NCBI GenBank assembly: GCA_009859145.1
Contig: VRVR01000039.1
Span: 208,233-272,232 of the forward strand
Length of the DNA: 64,000 bases
Direction: 5' to 3'
Origin: Andalucia godoyi And28
Taxonomy: Eukaryota; Protista; Jakobida
Positions 31,587-40,679 of this stretch are shown here, piece by piece (the stretch's first letter is position 1; the number at the start of each line of letters is the position of its first letter). A program made the translations under genes and the position numbers. The notes beneath the pieces were generated by a model. That model saw only the letters and a list, made by a program, of their open reading frames with translations. It searched no databases and was not told the origin of the DNA.

Positions 31587-33398
31587 CTAAACCGATTTTG
31601 CAGCGAGTGTCTTCAGCTTGAAGAGCAAGTCGTTTCTCTGCTGCATATTCATGAACAGCTTTTCCATAAGTGTCTGGTGATCAAGCTGCAGCAGAAGTTC
31701 ACCATTGATCTGCGCAGCCTTAAATGCATCGACCTCCGATCGCAGACCAACGGACTCCAGCCACACAGCGACGTCATTCTCGTTCCACGCCTTGGGACTT
31801 GCGGGCAGCGCAGGAGGCTCGACAATGACTAGATTGTGCGCTTCTTTGCAGTACACTCGACTCACATGTCGGCCATATAGAAGAGGCAGATACTCCGGAT
31901 GGTAAATGCCGCCTTCGTACTTTCCGTTGTTCAGAATCGGGGTTCCACAGCGCCCGTCTGCAGGGCTTCCAAACACAATCACCTTGTGGTTTTCATCCAC
32001 CAGCATCGAGTAGTCATGTCCTGCAGCAATCCAAGTGATTTTGGGAGCGCGGCTCTTCTCACCGAGTGCTTGGCGCTTCAAATCTTCTTTTGTCGGCTTC
32101 AAACCGGTCACTATGTCGCGCAGATCGACCATCGTTGGCACGAAAATTCTTTGGTCCTTCTTGTTACCAAGGCACCCACACACTCCAGAGCCACATGAAT
32201 ACACATTGCCCGATGCATCAAGCACCAAGGAGTGGTCGAAGCCCGCGGAGACCTGAACAACCTTTTTGCCAACCAGTCCTTCAATGAGCTTGGGTGTTGG
32301 GGAATTCTCGGGACCACCATGGCCAAGCTTCCCAAACATTCCTTCGCCGAACGAAAACACTTCGCCTGAAATGGAGCAGGCAAGAACATGGCGGTGGGAG
32401 CAGCTCACACTTGCAATCGGAACATCGCCATCGAGAATCGCGAGCCAATGGTCAATTGCTATTTGCTTGCGCCATTCCAATGTCTGTTCTGGGCTCATGT
32501 ATCTCGAGGCCTCGGCCGCCGCCTTCTCCTCTGCGCTGTAACTCTCCTCTTCGATCGCGATTCGTTCGCGTTCTTCCTGACTCACCTCCTTTCTCTCCGG
32601 AACAAACTGGAGGTAATAATCCAAGTCAGCGCATACCTTGTCCCTCAAGAACAATCTGATCTGATCTGCGGTAAACGACGATTTGAATCCTCTGATTCGC
32701 GTAGGAGTCATGAAATCGCAGTCGACTCCTCCAGGTACTGCCATCATGTCCTTGAGACCGTTTCCACAGCCCCGAACCACGCCCCACTTGTCCACGAACA
32801 GCGAAAAGTCAGAAGATGCCGCTGCCTGAACAATGAATGCACTCCTCCCGGGCTGTTGCTGCGGCTGCTCCAATCTGTGCAGCTGCTCAAACACAAAGAC
32901 CTGTTTGGGAACGCCGAACCCGAGCTGATGCTGCATCGATGAGCCGGACGCCAAGACAGTGCCTCTGCGAGTTGTCAGCAGCATGTGTTCCCATCCACAC
33001 GAGACACCCGCAATATCCGAAACTCCTGGAATAACAAGTGGTGTGGACACGGTCGAGATCAAAGGACCAAGCCCCAGTGCGCCATACGAGTTGTCACCAA
33101 ATACAAACACATAACCAGCATGATCGACCAATGCAGAGAACTTCCGTCCTGCATCTGCGGCCATTACGTGAATTGCTGTCGAGTGGTTCAGAAACCGTGG
33201 AACAAACGCCTGCTGCATATCCGAATCCGCAAGCCCTATCGCTTCCTTTTGCCCAAACACCAGCACTCCGTATTCGTACAAGCTGTACGCAGTCTGTGGA
33301 GGAACAACCATCACGCGTCGAGGCGGCGGAGGCGGAAGTGCCGCAGGGGCCTTTTCCTTTTTTTTCCCTCCTTTTTTCTTTCCCTTCTTAGGAGGCAT
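31587..33398 (-). CDS. RCC1-repeat protein with C-terminal SAM domain
   Basis: ATG 33398 (MPPKKGKKK). RCC1 repeats. WNENDVAVWLESVGL..AFKAAQINGELLLQL is a SAM domain. Confidence 0.85.
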   Translation of the reverse strand: MPPKKGKKKGGKKKEKAPAALPPPPPRRVMVVPPQTAYSLYEYGVLVFGQKEAIGLADSDMQQAFVPRFLNHSTAIHVMAADAGRKFSALVDHAGYVFVFGDNSYGALGLGPLISTVSTPLVIPGVSDIAGVSCGWEHMLLTTRRGTVLASGSSMQHQLGFGVPKQVFVFEQLHRLEQPQQQPGRSAFIVQAAASSDFSLFVDKWGVVRGCGNGLKDMMAVPGGVDCDFMTPTRIRGFKSSFTADQIRLFLRDKVCADLDYYLQFVPERKEVSQEERERIAIEEESYSAEEKAAAEASRYMSPEQTLEWRKQIAIDHWLAILDGDVPIASVSCSHRHVLACSISGEVFSFGEGMFGKLGHGGPENSPTPKLIEGLVGKKVVQVSAGFDHSLVLDASGNVYSCGSGVCGCLGNKKDQRIFVPTMVDLRDIVTGLKPTKEDLKRQALGEKSRAPKITWIAAGHDYSMLVDENHKVIVFGSPADGRCGTPILNNGKYEGGIYHPEYLPLLYGRHVSRVYCKEAHNLVIVEPPALPASPKAWNENDVAVWLESVGLRSEVDAFKAAQINGELLLQLDHQTLMEKLFMNMQQRNDLLFKLKTLAAKSV

Positions 33399-33487
33399 CA
33401 GTTCTTCTTCTTCTTCTTCTTCTTCTTCTTCTTCTTGATCTACGGTTCTTTCGCCGTCGATTTCCCCAAAGCCAATAATAATAATAA

Positions 33488-33555
33488 TGAATGAATAAGT
33501 GAATGAATGAATGAATGAATGAATGAATGAATAATTAAATGAATGAATGAATGAA
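33488..33555 (+). repeat. (GAAT)n tetranucleotide tract
   Basis: Directly visible, imperfect, upstream of the RCC1-SAM gene. Confidence 0.8.
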
Positions 33556-33790
33556 GGAGAAATTTCGGTTTTCACAAACGGACTTTTCGGTAGCTTTCGG
33601 TGAGCCTTTCATCTTTTTGCTGACTGTAGCCGTGGGTTCGAAAACGCACAAGAACCGTTTTCCCTCGTCATCGAGAAAGACTCACCTTGCTTCTTCTCCG
33701 TTGTCTTTGTGAAACGCCGAGTCAGAGCAAGAACAAAGGAAAAAAGGTAAACAGCGAGCGAACGAGCGAGCGAGAGAGAGAGAGAGGAAG

Positions 33791-34387
33791 ATGGCTGCGG
33801 ATTCGATTGATTGGAATAATTTGTTGCATGCGGAGGCGGTACTTGAAGAGCTAAAGAGTGAAAAGACGGCGATTGAGGAGTTTCTTTGCGGGTTGGAAAA
33901 GGACATTGAACAGACTGCGTTGATGCAGCTGCGCTATGGATCTGCGGTTGTTGGTCCTGTGAAGCTGGAGATGCATGCGATCAAGGCAAAGAAGCAGGAC
34001 GAGCTGAAGACTGTGGGCAGCAGAATAGAACTGCTGGACGATGCGATTCGCAAAAACACGGTGCGTGTCCGTGCACACTTTGTCCAAGCAGGAACAGGAG
34101 CAGGAGCAGGAGCAGGTGCAGGAGCAGGTGGAGACAGTAGCAGTAACGGTAGCGCTAGTTGGACTAATAGTGTCCCGCTTACTGCTGCGCTCTCTGGATC
34201 ACCTACAAAACCGCCTGTCGTTGGAAGCCTTTTAGAAAAGTCACACAAGGAAGCAATCATCCGAATTCGTGCACAAAAACACCAGCGAGCGCACCAAGGC
34301 GATGGTCCAGTCGTCATCGTTTCGCAGTCTCCCATTCTTCGGCATTCTCAACACCGGTTCGACAAACCCAATGTCATTCCATATTGA
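33791..34387 (+). CDS. Hypothetical coiled-coil protein
   Basis: 198-aa ATG ORF, helical N-terminal half, GA-repeat linker. Confidence 0.65.
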   Translation: MAADSIDWNNLLHAEAVLEELKSEKTAIEEFLCGLEKDIEQTALMQLRYGSAVVGPVKLEMHAIKAKKQDELKTVGSRIELLDDAIRKNTVRVRAHFVQAGTGAGAGAGAGAGGDSSSNGSASWTNSVPLTAALSGSPTKPPVVGSLLEKSHKEAIIRIRAQKHQRAHQGDGPVVIVSQSPILRHSQHRFDKPNVIPY

Positions 34388-34494
34388 TTCTTCTGGTGGA
34401 CATGGCGACGTTGTGTACATATTTGTGTGTTTAATAAATGGTTGAGAGAGAGAGAGAGAGAGATGTCATGTTTTATAGCTGGCAGCTGGTTGGT

Positions 34495-36336
34495 TTACTT
34501 CCGGGCGCGCTTGCGAGGAACAGGTTCTTCCTCTGCCTGTCGCAGGATTTCTTCATCTCCCGAATTGTCATCGACGACCTCTTCGTCTGTGTCTGCATTC
34601 GACCCTTCAAAGTCGTCGTCGTCGTCGTCGTCCTCCTCCTCGTCTTCCGCAGGACGCAGAGTCTTGACAGGCTTCTTGGACTTGCTCGACGACGATTCGG
34701 GCTCTGGTCTCTTCCGACTGAACTCCTCTTTCGCGCTCTTGCTGCCGCTGACCATCTTCGCCGGTGCCTTTGTCTTTTCCTCTCTTGGTTTAGACGTAGG
34801 CTTCTTCTTTGGCGCCTTCTCCTCCTCTGCGTCTGCGTCTTCGTCGTCGGGCTGCTCTGCCTCGCCCTTGTCGCTATCCTCATCAGCGGATCCAGCAAAG
34901 TCCTCGTCGTCCTCTTCGTCGTCGTCGTCCTCCTCTTCCCCAAGATCAAAGTCCTCCACAGCCGCTTCATCGCCAGCCTGCGCAACAGCGTCCTCGACTT
35001 CCACCTGCTTCTCGCGGAAAAACTTGACAAGCGCGTCCTTCAGCTCCGGACTGATTTGCGAAAACTGCAAGGATGCTCTCTTGTCCAGGATAAACGTAAT
35101 GTCAAATGACGACCGACCCACGCGCTGGATTTTGATGAGAGAGATTTCCTTGTGGTATGCAAACTGAGGCTTCGGAACAAACAAGATTGAGCGATCAAGG
35201 GGAAACAAGAATCCTCTGTCATGCTTGTGCGCGCACGCAACACAGGTTGTCTTTGCATAGTCCTGGAACGAACCGGAACCAATGACCTTGTGTTTCGACA
35301 ACCCTTTAATGACAGACACGAAAACCTCCCATAGTGCACCGACCATGTTCTCCTGCAGTCTCGAATCCGGATACTCGCGCTTGATCTCATCCTCCGTGAT
35401 GTTCAGCGGAAACGGACTTGTCTCGTTGAACATGTCGTCGCGATCAAACTCCGCCACCAAAATGTTGTATGCAGACTTTCCTTGGCGCAGAGGAGGCTGG
35501 ATGACCATGACAAAGTACATTGCCTTTGCATCCTCCTCATCAGGGCCGATGCAGAACATCTTTTGAATCATCTCAAAGTCCACGCGATGCGAATGGGACT
35601 TTCCAATGAGACGCATGAAACCCTTTCCGAAATCGATCTTGAAGTTGGAGCGCGGATGGTGGAACTTGACATCGTCAAACGAGCAGATGATGTCCTTGTT
35701 GTCCACAATCTCAGCTCGATCCACAACAACGCGCTGGAACTCATCCGGTCCTTCTGCGGGATCCTCGCCGTCCTTCAGCGAGACCTTGGCAGCAAGCGGA
35801 ATATTGAATCGAATCTCGCTCAGCACGTGATCCGACGCATTAAACGCCTCTTTCGACAAGCCGTTCTTGGAGCCAGGCTTGTTGAATTCAAGCGAAACCT
35901 CCGACTTCCCCTGAACAATCGCGCCTGAGATCTCGCCCAGCGGAACAGAGAGCAACAGTTTCTCGTCAGACCCCGTTACCACAATCTCGGTGCCCGGAAT
36001 CGAGACAGTTCCCCAGTTGCGGCCCGTCACAGACAGTTCCACGTTTTCGACTTGCACATTGAACTTTTCCCGGATCCAGCTCGAGATGTTCTCACGGTCC
36101 TTTTCCAGCAGACCTTGGAACCGAACGATTCCTCCAGCCTTGATGCGGCATCCAATCTCGTAGAGAAGAGACGAGCGCGACCACGTCACAGACCGCAGAT
36201 CCTGCTTGAACACCGCCACCTGGTTGTCCTTCTTCTTGGAGTCCCACTGAATCCGGTCGTCAAACAGCGACAACAGTCCTTCAGGCATCCTTCCGCCAGC
36301 ACTCAACAGAGTCGCGCGATACTGCAAATTCGCCAT
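34495..36336 (-). CDS. SSRP1: FACT complex subunit SSRP1/Pob3 (no HMG box seen)
   Basis: SVTGRNWG, LSEIRF, QPPLRQG, GFLFPLDRSILFVPKP and an acidic tail ending in an NLS-like PRKRARK. Confidence 0.92.
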   Translation of the reverse strand: MANLQYRATLLSAGGRMPEGLLSLFDDRIQWDSKKKDNQVAVFKQDLRSVTWSRSSLLYEIGCRIKAGGIVRFQGLLEKDRENISSWIREKFNVQVENVELSVTGRNWGTVSIPGTEIVVTGSDEKLLLSVPLGEISGAIVQGKSEVSLEFNKPGSKNGLSKEAFNASDHVLSEIRFNIPLAAKVSLKDGEDPAEGPDEFQRVVVDRAEIVDNKDIICSFDDVKFHHPRSNFKIDFGKGFMRLIGKSHSHRVDFEMIQKMFCIGPDEEDAKAMYFVMVIQPPLRQGKSAYNILVAEFDRDDMFNETSPFPLNITEDEIKREYPDSRLQENMVGALWEVFVSVIKGLSKHKVIGSGSFQDYAKTTCVACAHKHDRGFLFPLDRSILFVPKPQFAYHKEISLIKIQRVGRSSFDITFILDKRASLQFSQISPELKDALVKFFREKQVEVEDAVAQAGDEAAVEDFDLGEEEDDDDEEDDEDFAGSADEDSDKGEAEQPDDEDADAEEEKAPKKKPTSKPREEKTKAPAKMVSGSKSAKEEFSRKRPEPESSSSKSKKPVKTLRPAEDEEEDDDDDDDFEGSNADTDEEVVDDNSGDEEILRQAEEEPVPRKRARK

Positions 36337-36723
36337 TCTTTATTTTTCTTCTTCTTCTTCTCCCACTCCTCCCTCTTGTCGCTCAGCCCAGTCGCTGTCA
36401 ATCCAAAAAATGTCAATCACGGCAAACAAAGTGGAGATAGATGAGAAAAAAATTAAACTAGATTTAAATAAAATAAAAAAAACGTGAAGAAAACGAAAAA
36501 GTAAAATAACAATAATAAATGAGAGACGAAAAGCAGCAGAAAGAGTAAGGCTCAAATCTGTCTTTTCGTGAAATGAATTGGCGCCAAAGAGCGGGTGAAG
36601 GGCTCAGTGTTGCACTACGAGCGGCGGTTTTCTCTTCGAGTCTAGTATTGCGCTCATTTTATCGACATCCACCGTGGTCGGCGTCTACCGGGGGGGACAT
36701 GCATGCATGAAACAAGCAGGGGG

Positions 36724-37998
36724 CTATGCAGAAGAGAGGCTTTCCATCTGCGCACGCAAGTCGTCCAAAGACAGGTCTTCCGAGATTTGGACGGTGGACG
36801 AAACATCAGCCAAAGACTCGGCAGCAGACGTGTCAACAACCTCCAACCCCCAGTCGTTGTCGTCGTGCACGACACCTTCCTGCTTCCTACTTCGGTTTCT
36901 CTCTTCTTCTTCTTGCTGCTGTTCGTCATCTGCAAGACCCTGTGCCCTGCGAACCCGTACCTTCTCAAGGTACTCTTCCTGACGTTTCCTGCACCACCCA
37001 AACACACATGTCGGGTTCGGCTTGAGCGAAAACCGCGGGAAGAAATCGGTCATTGCCGAGTATCCAAGATAGTCAGACACTTGTCCAAAGTGAAGCATGT
37101 ACTTGAGAGCGTTTTGCACAAGAAGGCCAGCCACCGTTCCCATGGTCGTCGGCAGCGAGGCTGCGCACACACCATCTCGCTTGAGCTCCTTGCGCTCGTC
37201 TCCCTCTGCAGCAACAATCAGCGGCGGCGCACACTCGAAGCACGCAAGCTTCCCAGGAATCATAAGCTGGATATGGCCCGAAACTGCATCTTCGGACACC
37301 CCGCTTTCCATCCACACTTGCTGCAACTCGCCGCACACTCGGTTAATGGTTACGCGTGCTTCATAGTTGTCTACACATGCAAGAACGAGCGTCACCGCCG
37401 TTGGGCTTGCAGCTCCGCACTCAGAGTTTTCCTCCTTTTTCCCTTGCTCCTGCTGCTGCTTGGGAATGCCGCCAGTCTTGATTGCATGCAGGAAGAGGTC
37501 GTAGTTCGAGACGGTTGCAATGTTGCAGTGGAAAGGCTCGATCTGCACATCGGGGTTAATGGCTGCCAAGGTAACGGCTGCAGCATCGACCTTGGACATT
37601 CCCTGGTGCTCTGGTCTGAAAAATAGCCTGTTCATATTTGCGATTTCCACAGTGTCGTAGTCGAACAGAAGAAGCTTCCCCACACCGCATCGCGTCAGCA
37701 TCTCGGCAGCAACAGACCCAACTCCACCGACACCAACAATCGCAACCGAACATTCGCGAATGTGCTCATAATCTTCCACAACACCCATGCGTTTCAACGC
37801 AAGCAATCTCGAATACGGATTATCGCTGCGGACTTCAGAGCTCCACTTTTCAATCCGACCGCGCACATACTTGCATCCTTCCTCCTCCTTTTCTCCTTCA
37901 TTCCTGTTCCGCCGATCTCTCGCATCCACCATCTTTTCCAGCTCGGAAATGCGCTGCTTCAGCCGTCGAAGTTCCGCAAGATGCTCTTCTTCTTCCAT
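36724..37998 (-). CDS. UBA5: UFM1-activating enzyme UBA5
   Basis: [62 protein letters not shown] at 37998. Confidence 0.96.
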   Translation of the reverse strand: MEEEEHLAELRRLKQRISELEKMVDARDRRNRNEGEKEEEGCKYVRGRIEKWSSEVRSDNPYSRLLALKRMGVVEDYEHIRECSVAIVGVGGVGSVAAEMLTRCGVGKLLLFDYDTVEIANMNRLFFRPEHQGMSKVDAAAVTLAAINPDVQIEPFHCNIATVSNYDLFLHAIKTGGIPKQQQEQGKKEENSECGAASPTAVTLVLACVDNYEARVTINRVCGELQQVWMESGVSEDAVSGHIQLMIPGKLACFECAPPLIVAAEGDERKELKRDGVCAASLPTTMGTVAGLLVQNALKYMLHFGQVSDYLGYSAMTDFFPRFSLKPNPTCVFGWCRKRQEEYLEKVRVRRAQGLADDEQQQEEEERNRSRKQEGVVHDDNDWGLEVVDTSAAESLADVSSTVQISEDLSLDDLRAQMESLSSA

Positions 37999-38339
37999 GT
38001 TTGCAGTTGCCGCGCTCTCCACTCCCTCTAGCCCTTCCTTTCTTCCTTTTTGGTTTTGTCCCTCCGTCCCTCAAAACTCACCAGCAAGAACGTGCAAAGA
38101 GAAACTCCAAGTCTCAAAAAAAGAAAAAAGAAAAAAGAAAGAAAGAAAAAAGGCAAGCTCAAAGGTGACAACAAGCAACACATGCATGAACGTACGTACA
38201 AACAACAAGCAAACGAAGCGAGAATCCGGACTGCTCGCTTAGCAACCTTTGGTTCGAGGCTGTTTAGGTTGAATAGCCGGTTTCACGTTTCCTTTTCTTT
38301 TTCCCACGCGATGCCAATGTACATGACCCCCTGCCACGC

Positions 38340-38704
38340 TAGGCAAGACGCATGGCATTTCCGCCGCAATCTAGCGACGGAGATGCATAGCAAGCTTGCA
38401 AAATGGCTGTGTGAGGGCGTATGACTGCATTCTACTTTCGAAATTCGCCCCCGTCTCGTATGGTGCGGAGGGAGCCGGCAGCAGGGAAGAAACGCCGCAT
38501 TGGAAGGTGTTTGCATGTCCACAGTGTGCATGCCGGATTGATCGCAATTAGAATGATGCGCGCAACGTTTATCTTTAGAAAACACCTGCAAGACGCCTTG
38601 GGGGCCTACCTCCCTTCCCGTCCATGGCGACATGACCCGGGTTGCATCATTTGATTACGGCATGACTAGCGATGGTCATGCATACTCGGTGTACAATGTT
38701 AGCG
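38340..38704 (+). mobile_element. Fanzor/TnpB-like relic D
   Basis: RRNLATEMHSKLAKWLCE, then a +1 frameshift, AYDCILLSKF...KVFACPQCACRIDRN*NDARNVYL*. Followed by GGGGCCTACCTCCCTTCCC, a GCGA-loop hairpin (38660-38681) and the end GTGTACAATGTTAGCG at 38704. Confidence 0.85.
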
Positions 38705-39144
38705 AACCAATGCATGCATCCAAGATGTGAAGAAGATGAGCTGCTGCAATCGATTCAGCATTCAAAAATGAACGTTGGAGGAAACAGAATGTAGTCGGCG
38801 AACGACGACGCGCCTGACGACGCTTTTGCATCTGATCCTTGTTGTTCTCTGACCTGAAAGCGCATTCCGACGAGAGGGGATTAACGGGTTTCTTGGTTCT
38901 CGGTATCTTCGGGCATGGTCGGTTTGAATTTGCTAGGAAGAACCCTCTTTGGAGCCATGGGATGTTTTGTCTCTGACGAGGAGGTGCTGCTTGACGGTTC
39001 GATGATAGAAAACACAAACAACAGAAAATAATGGAAAGAGAAAAACGCGAAGAATGAAAAAAATGCTAGACTGATCAACAAAACGGTCAACCGCTGAACA
39101 ATAACACGTCATTCTCATGCATACGCATTTTCGACACTCTTTAA

Positions 39145-39486
39145 CGCAACATCCGTAGCCACCTATCATTCATTCAGCGCACTGCCAAGAGGCGAACTTC
39201 CAAGACACGATCTCGTATCTCCAGGTGCATCAATCGCGCTACAACTGAGGACACGAAAGCGCCTGCTGCTAGGGCCGTCAGAATCAAAATGCACCCTTCT
39301 CAGGAACCACGTGTCACGCTGAGAAAGTGGCTCACAGATTGATCGAGATTGGGAACGGAGCGCGGAACATCTATCTGAAGAGCGCCGTGAGGTGTGTTGG
39401 GGCCCTATCCCTTCCCGGCGACAGGATGCAAGATTGAATATGCATGTCTATTCGTAGACATGCATGTTCAGTGCATAATGTAGGCG
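39145..39486 (+). mobile_element. Fanzor/TnpB-like relic B (N-terminus fused to C-terminus, miniature element)
   Basis: Basic leader, then RAVRIKMHPSQEPRVTLRKW (IS605 OrfB HTH-like), joined directly to IDRDW(+1)NGARNIYLKS. Then a GGGGCC..CCCTTCCC box, a 16-bp UUCG hairpin and the end TGTAGGCG at 39486. Confidence 0.85.
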
Positions 39487-39811
39487 TACAACAGGGAAGA
39501 CTTTCACGACATTTTACTAAAGAACCTTTTTTTTGTTTTTTCTCCTTATTATGCTGAATTTTTTCACATCGATTTTTTTTTCCTGCACATTTCATTCCAA
39601 ATGGTCTCTCTTCATACAAGATAAGCTTCCAGCCAGCCCCGGCAAGTGACAGCACCCCACGCACAAAAAAACATAATAAACAGTATAAAGTAAAATAAAA
39701 AGAAGAAAGAAGAAAGAAGAGAAAAAGACAAGCCAAACTGGTGCGAGAGATCGAGGGGTTCACTTTGGAATACTTACAGGTACTTACCGTTCCTTACTTA
39801 CGGGAGCTTGG

Positions 39812-40255
39812 TTAGAAGCCGCGTCCGTAGACTGGAGCAGGTGCGCCCTGCTGGGGGTGCTGCTGCTGGTGATAATGAGGCTGCTGTGCGACTTGACCGA
39901 CGGCTCTGTTGACCTTTCTTGTCGTGACTTCTCTGCGCATTTGGCAAGTAGTGCAGAAGAAGCAGCAGATGGCAGCGCAAAAGTCTCCGCAGCCCGATCC
40001 TTCGATTCCAAACGCATTGCGGACCGCGGTTCTTGCGGCGCACGTTGCACAGCATGGACAGATCAGATCAAAGAGACAACACAGACAGCACGATTGGTCG
40101 TCCACGTCGCGCCGAATCGTCCCGAGCTGGATGCAAGGGCAGCAAAGCCCCATGATGCACGACCCAAAGTCCTCAAAGCACGAACATGTGCCTGAATCCC
40201 AGCCGCCAAGCGCTGACTTTCCAACAGTGTTTGCAGGTGCAGGTTGACCGTACAT
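39812..40255 (-). CDS. PLAC8-family cysteine-rich protein (copy 3)
   Basis: WDSGTCSCFEDFGSCIMGLCCPCIQLG..RTAVRNAFGIEGSGCGDFC..CTTCQMRRE. Confidence 0.92.
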   Translation of the reverse strand: MYGQPAPANTVGKSALGGWDSGTCSCFEDFGSCIMGLCCPCIQLGTIRRDVDDQSCCLCCLFDLICPCCATCAARTAVRNAFGIEGSGCGDFCAAICCFFCTTCQMRREVTTRKVNRAVGQVAQQPHYHQQQHPQQGAPAPVYGRGF

Positions 40256-40679
40256 TTTCCTCCTTCTTCTTCTTTGCCCCCCTTTAAAAACAAAAACAAA
40301 AACAAACTACAAGTCCGTTAGAAAACCAAAGAAAGAAAAAAAAAGAAATTACAGAGAAAAAGAAAAAGAAAAAGAAAAAGAAAAAAGAAAAGAAAAAAAA
40401 ACCGAAATGACAATAACGAGGCAAAAGAGAGAGTAAAAGCGAAGGAGAAGAACGCAAAAGGCGTGTGGGAAGATGAAAGAGAACAGCTGAACGAGATTAC
40501 AAATCGATTAGGATTTTAGGATTCAGACCGGGCAGAAGAGGCAAAGGTGGATCAACGTCGAATAGCCGAATCCCTCTTTTTCTTTTGGGTGGAAAAGGGG
40601 ATTGGATTGTAGATTGTGGTTGCTGCGGTTTTGCCGCAATCAATTGATACTAGAGACAGGGAAATATTTTACTTTTGAG

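Noticed and set aside
34495-35000. SSRP1 lacking an HMG box as a novelty
   Set aside because: This is already known from yeast Pob3, so it is not distinctive.
38676-39017. Short minus-strand ORFs between relics D and B (MAPKRVLPSKF...)
   Set aside because: They are fragmented across frames with no Fanzor or other motif I can support. Left unannotated.
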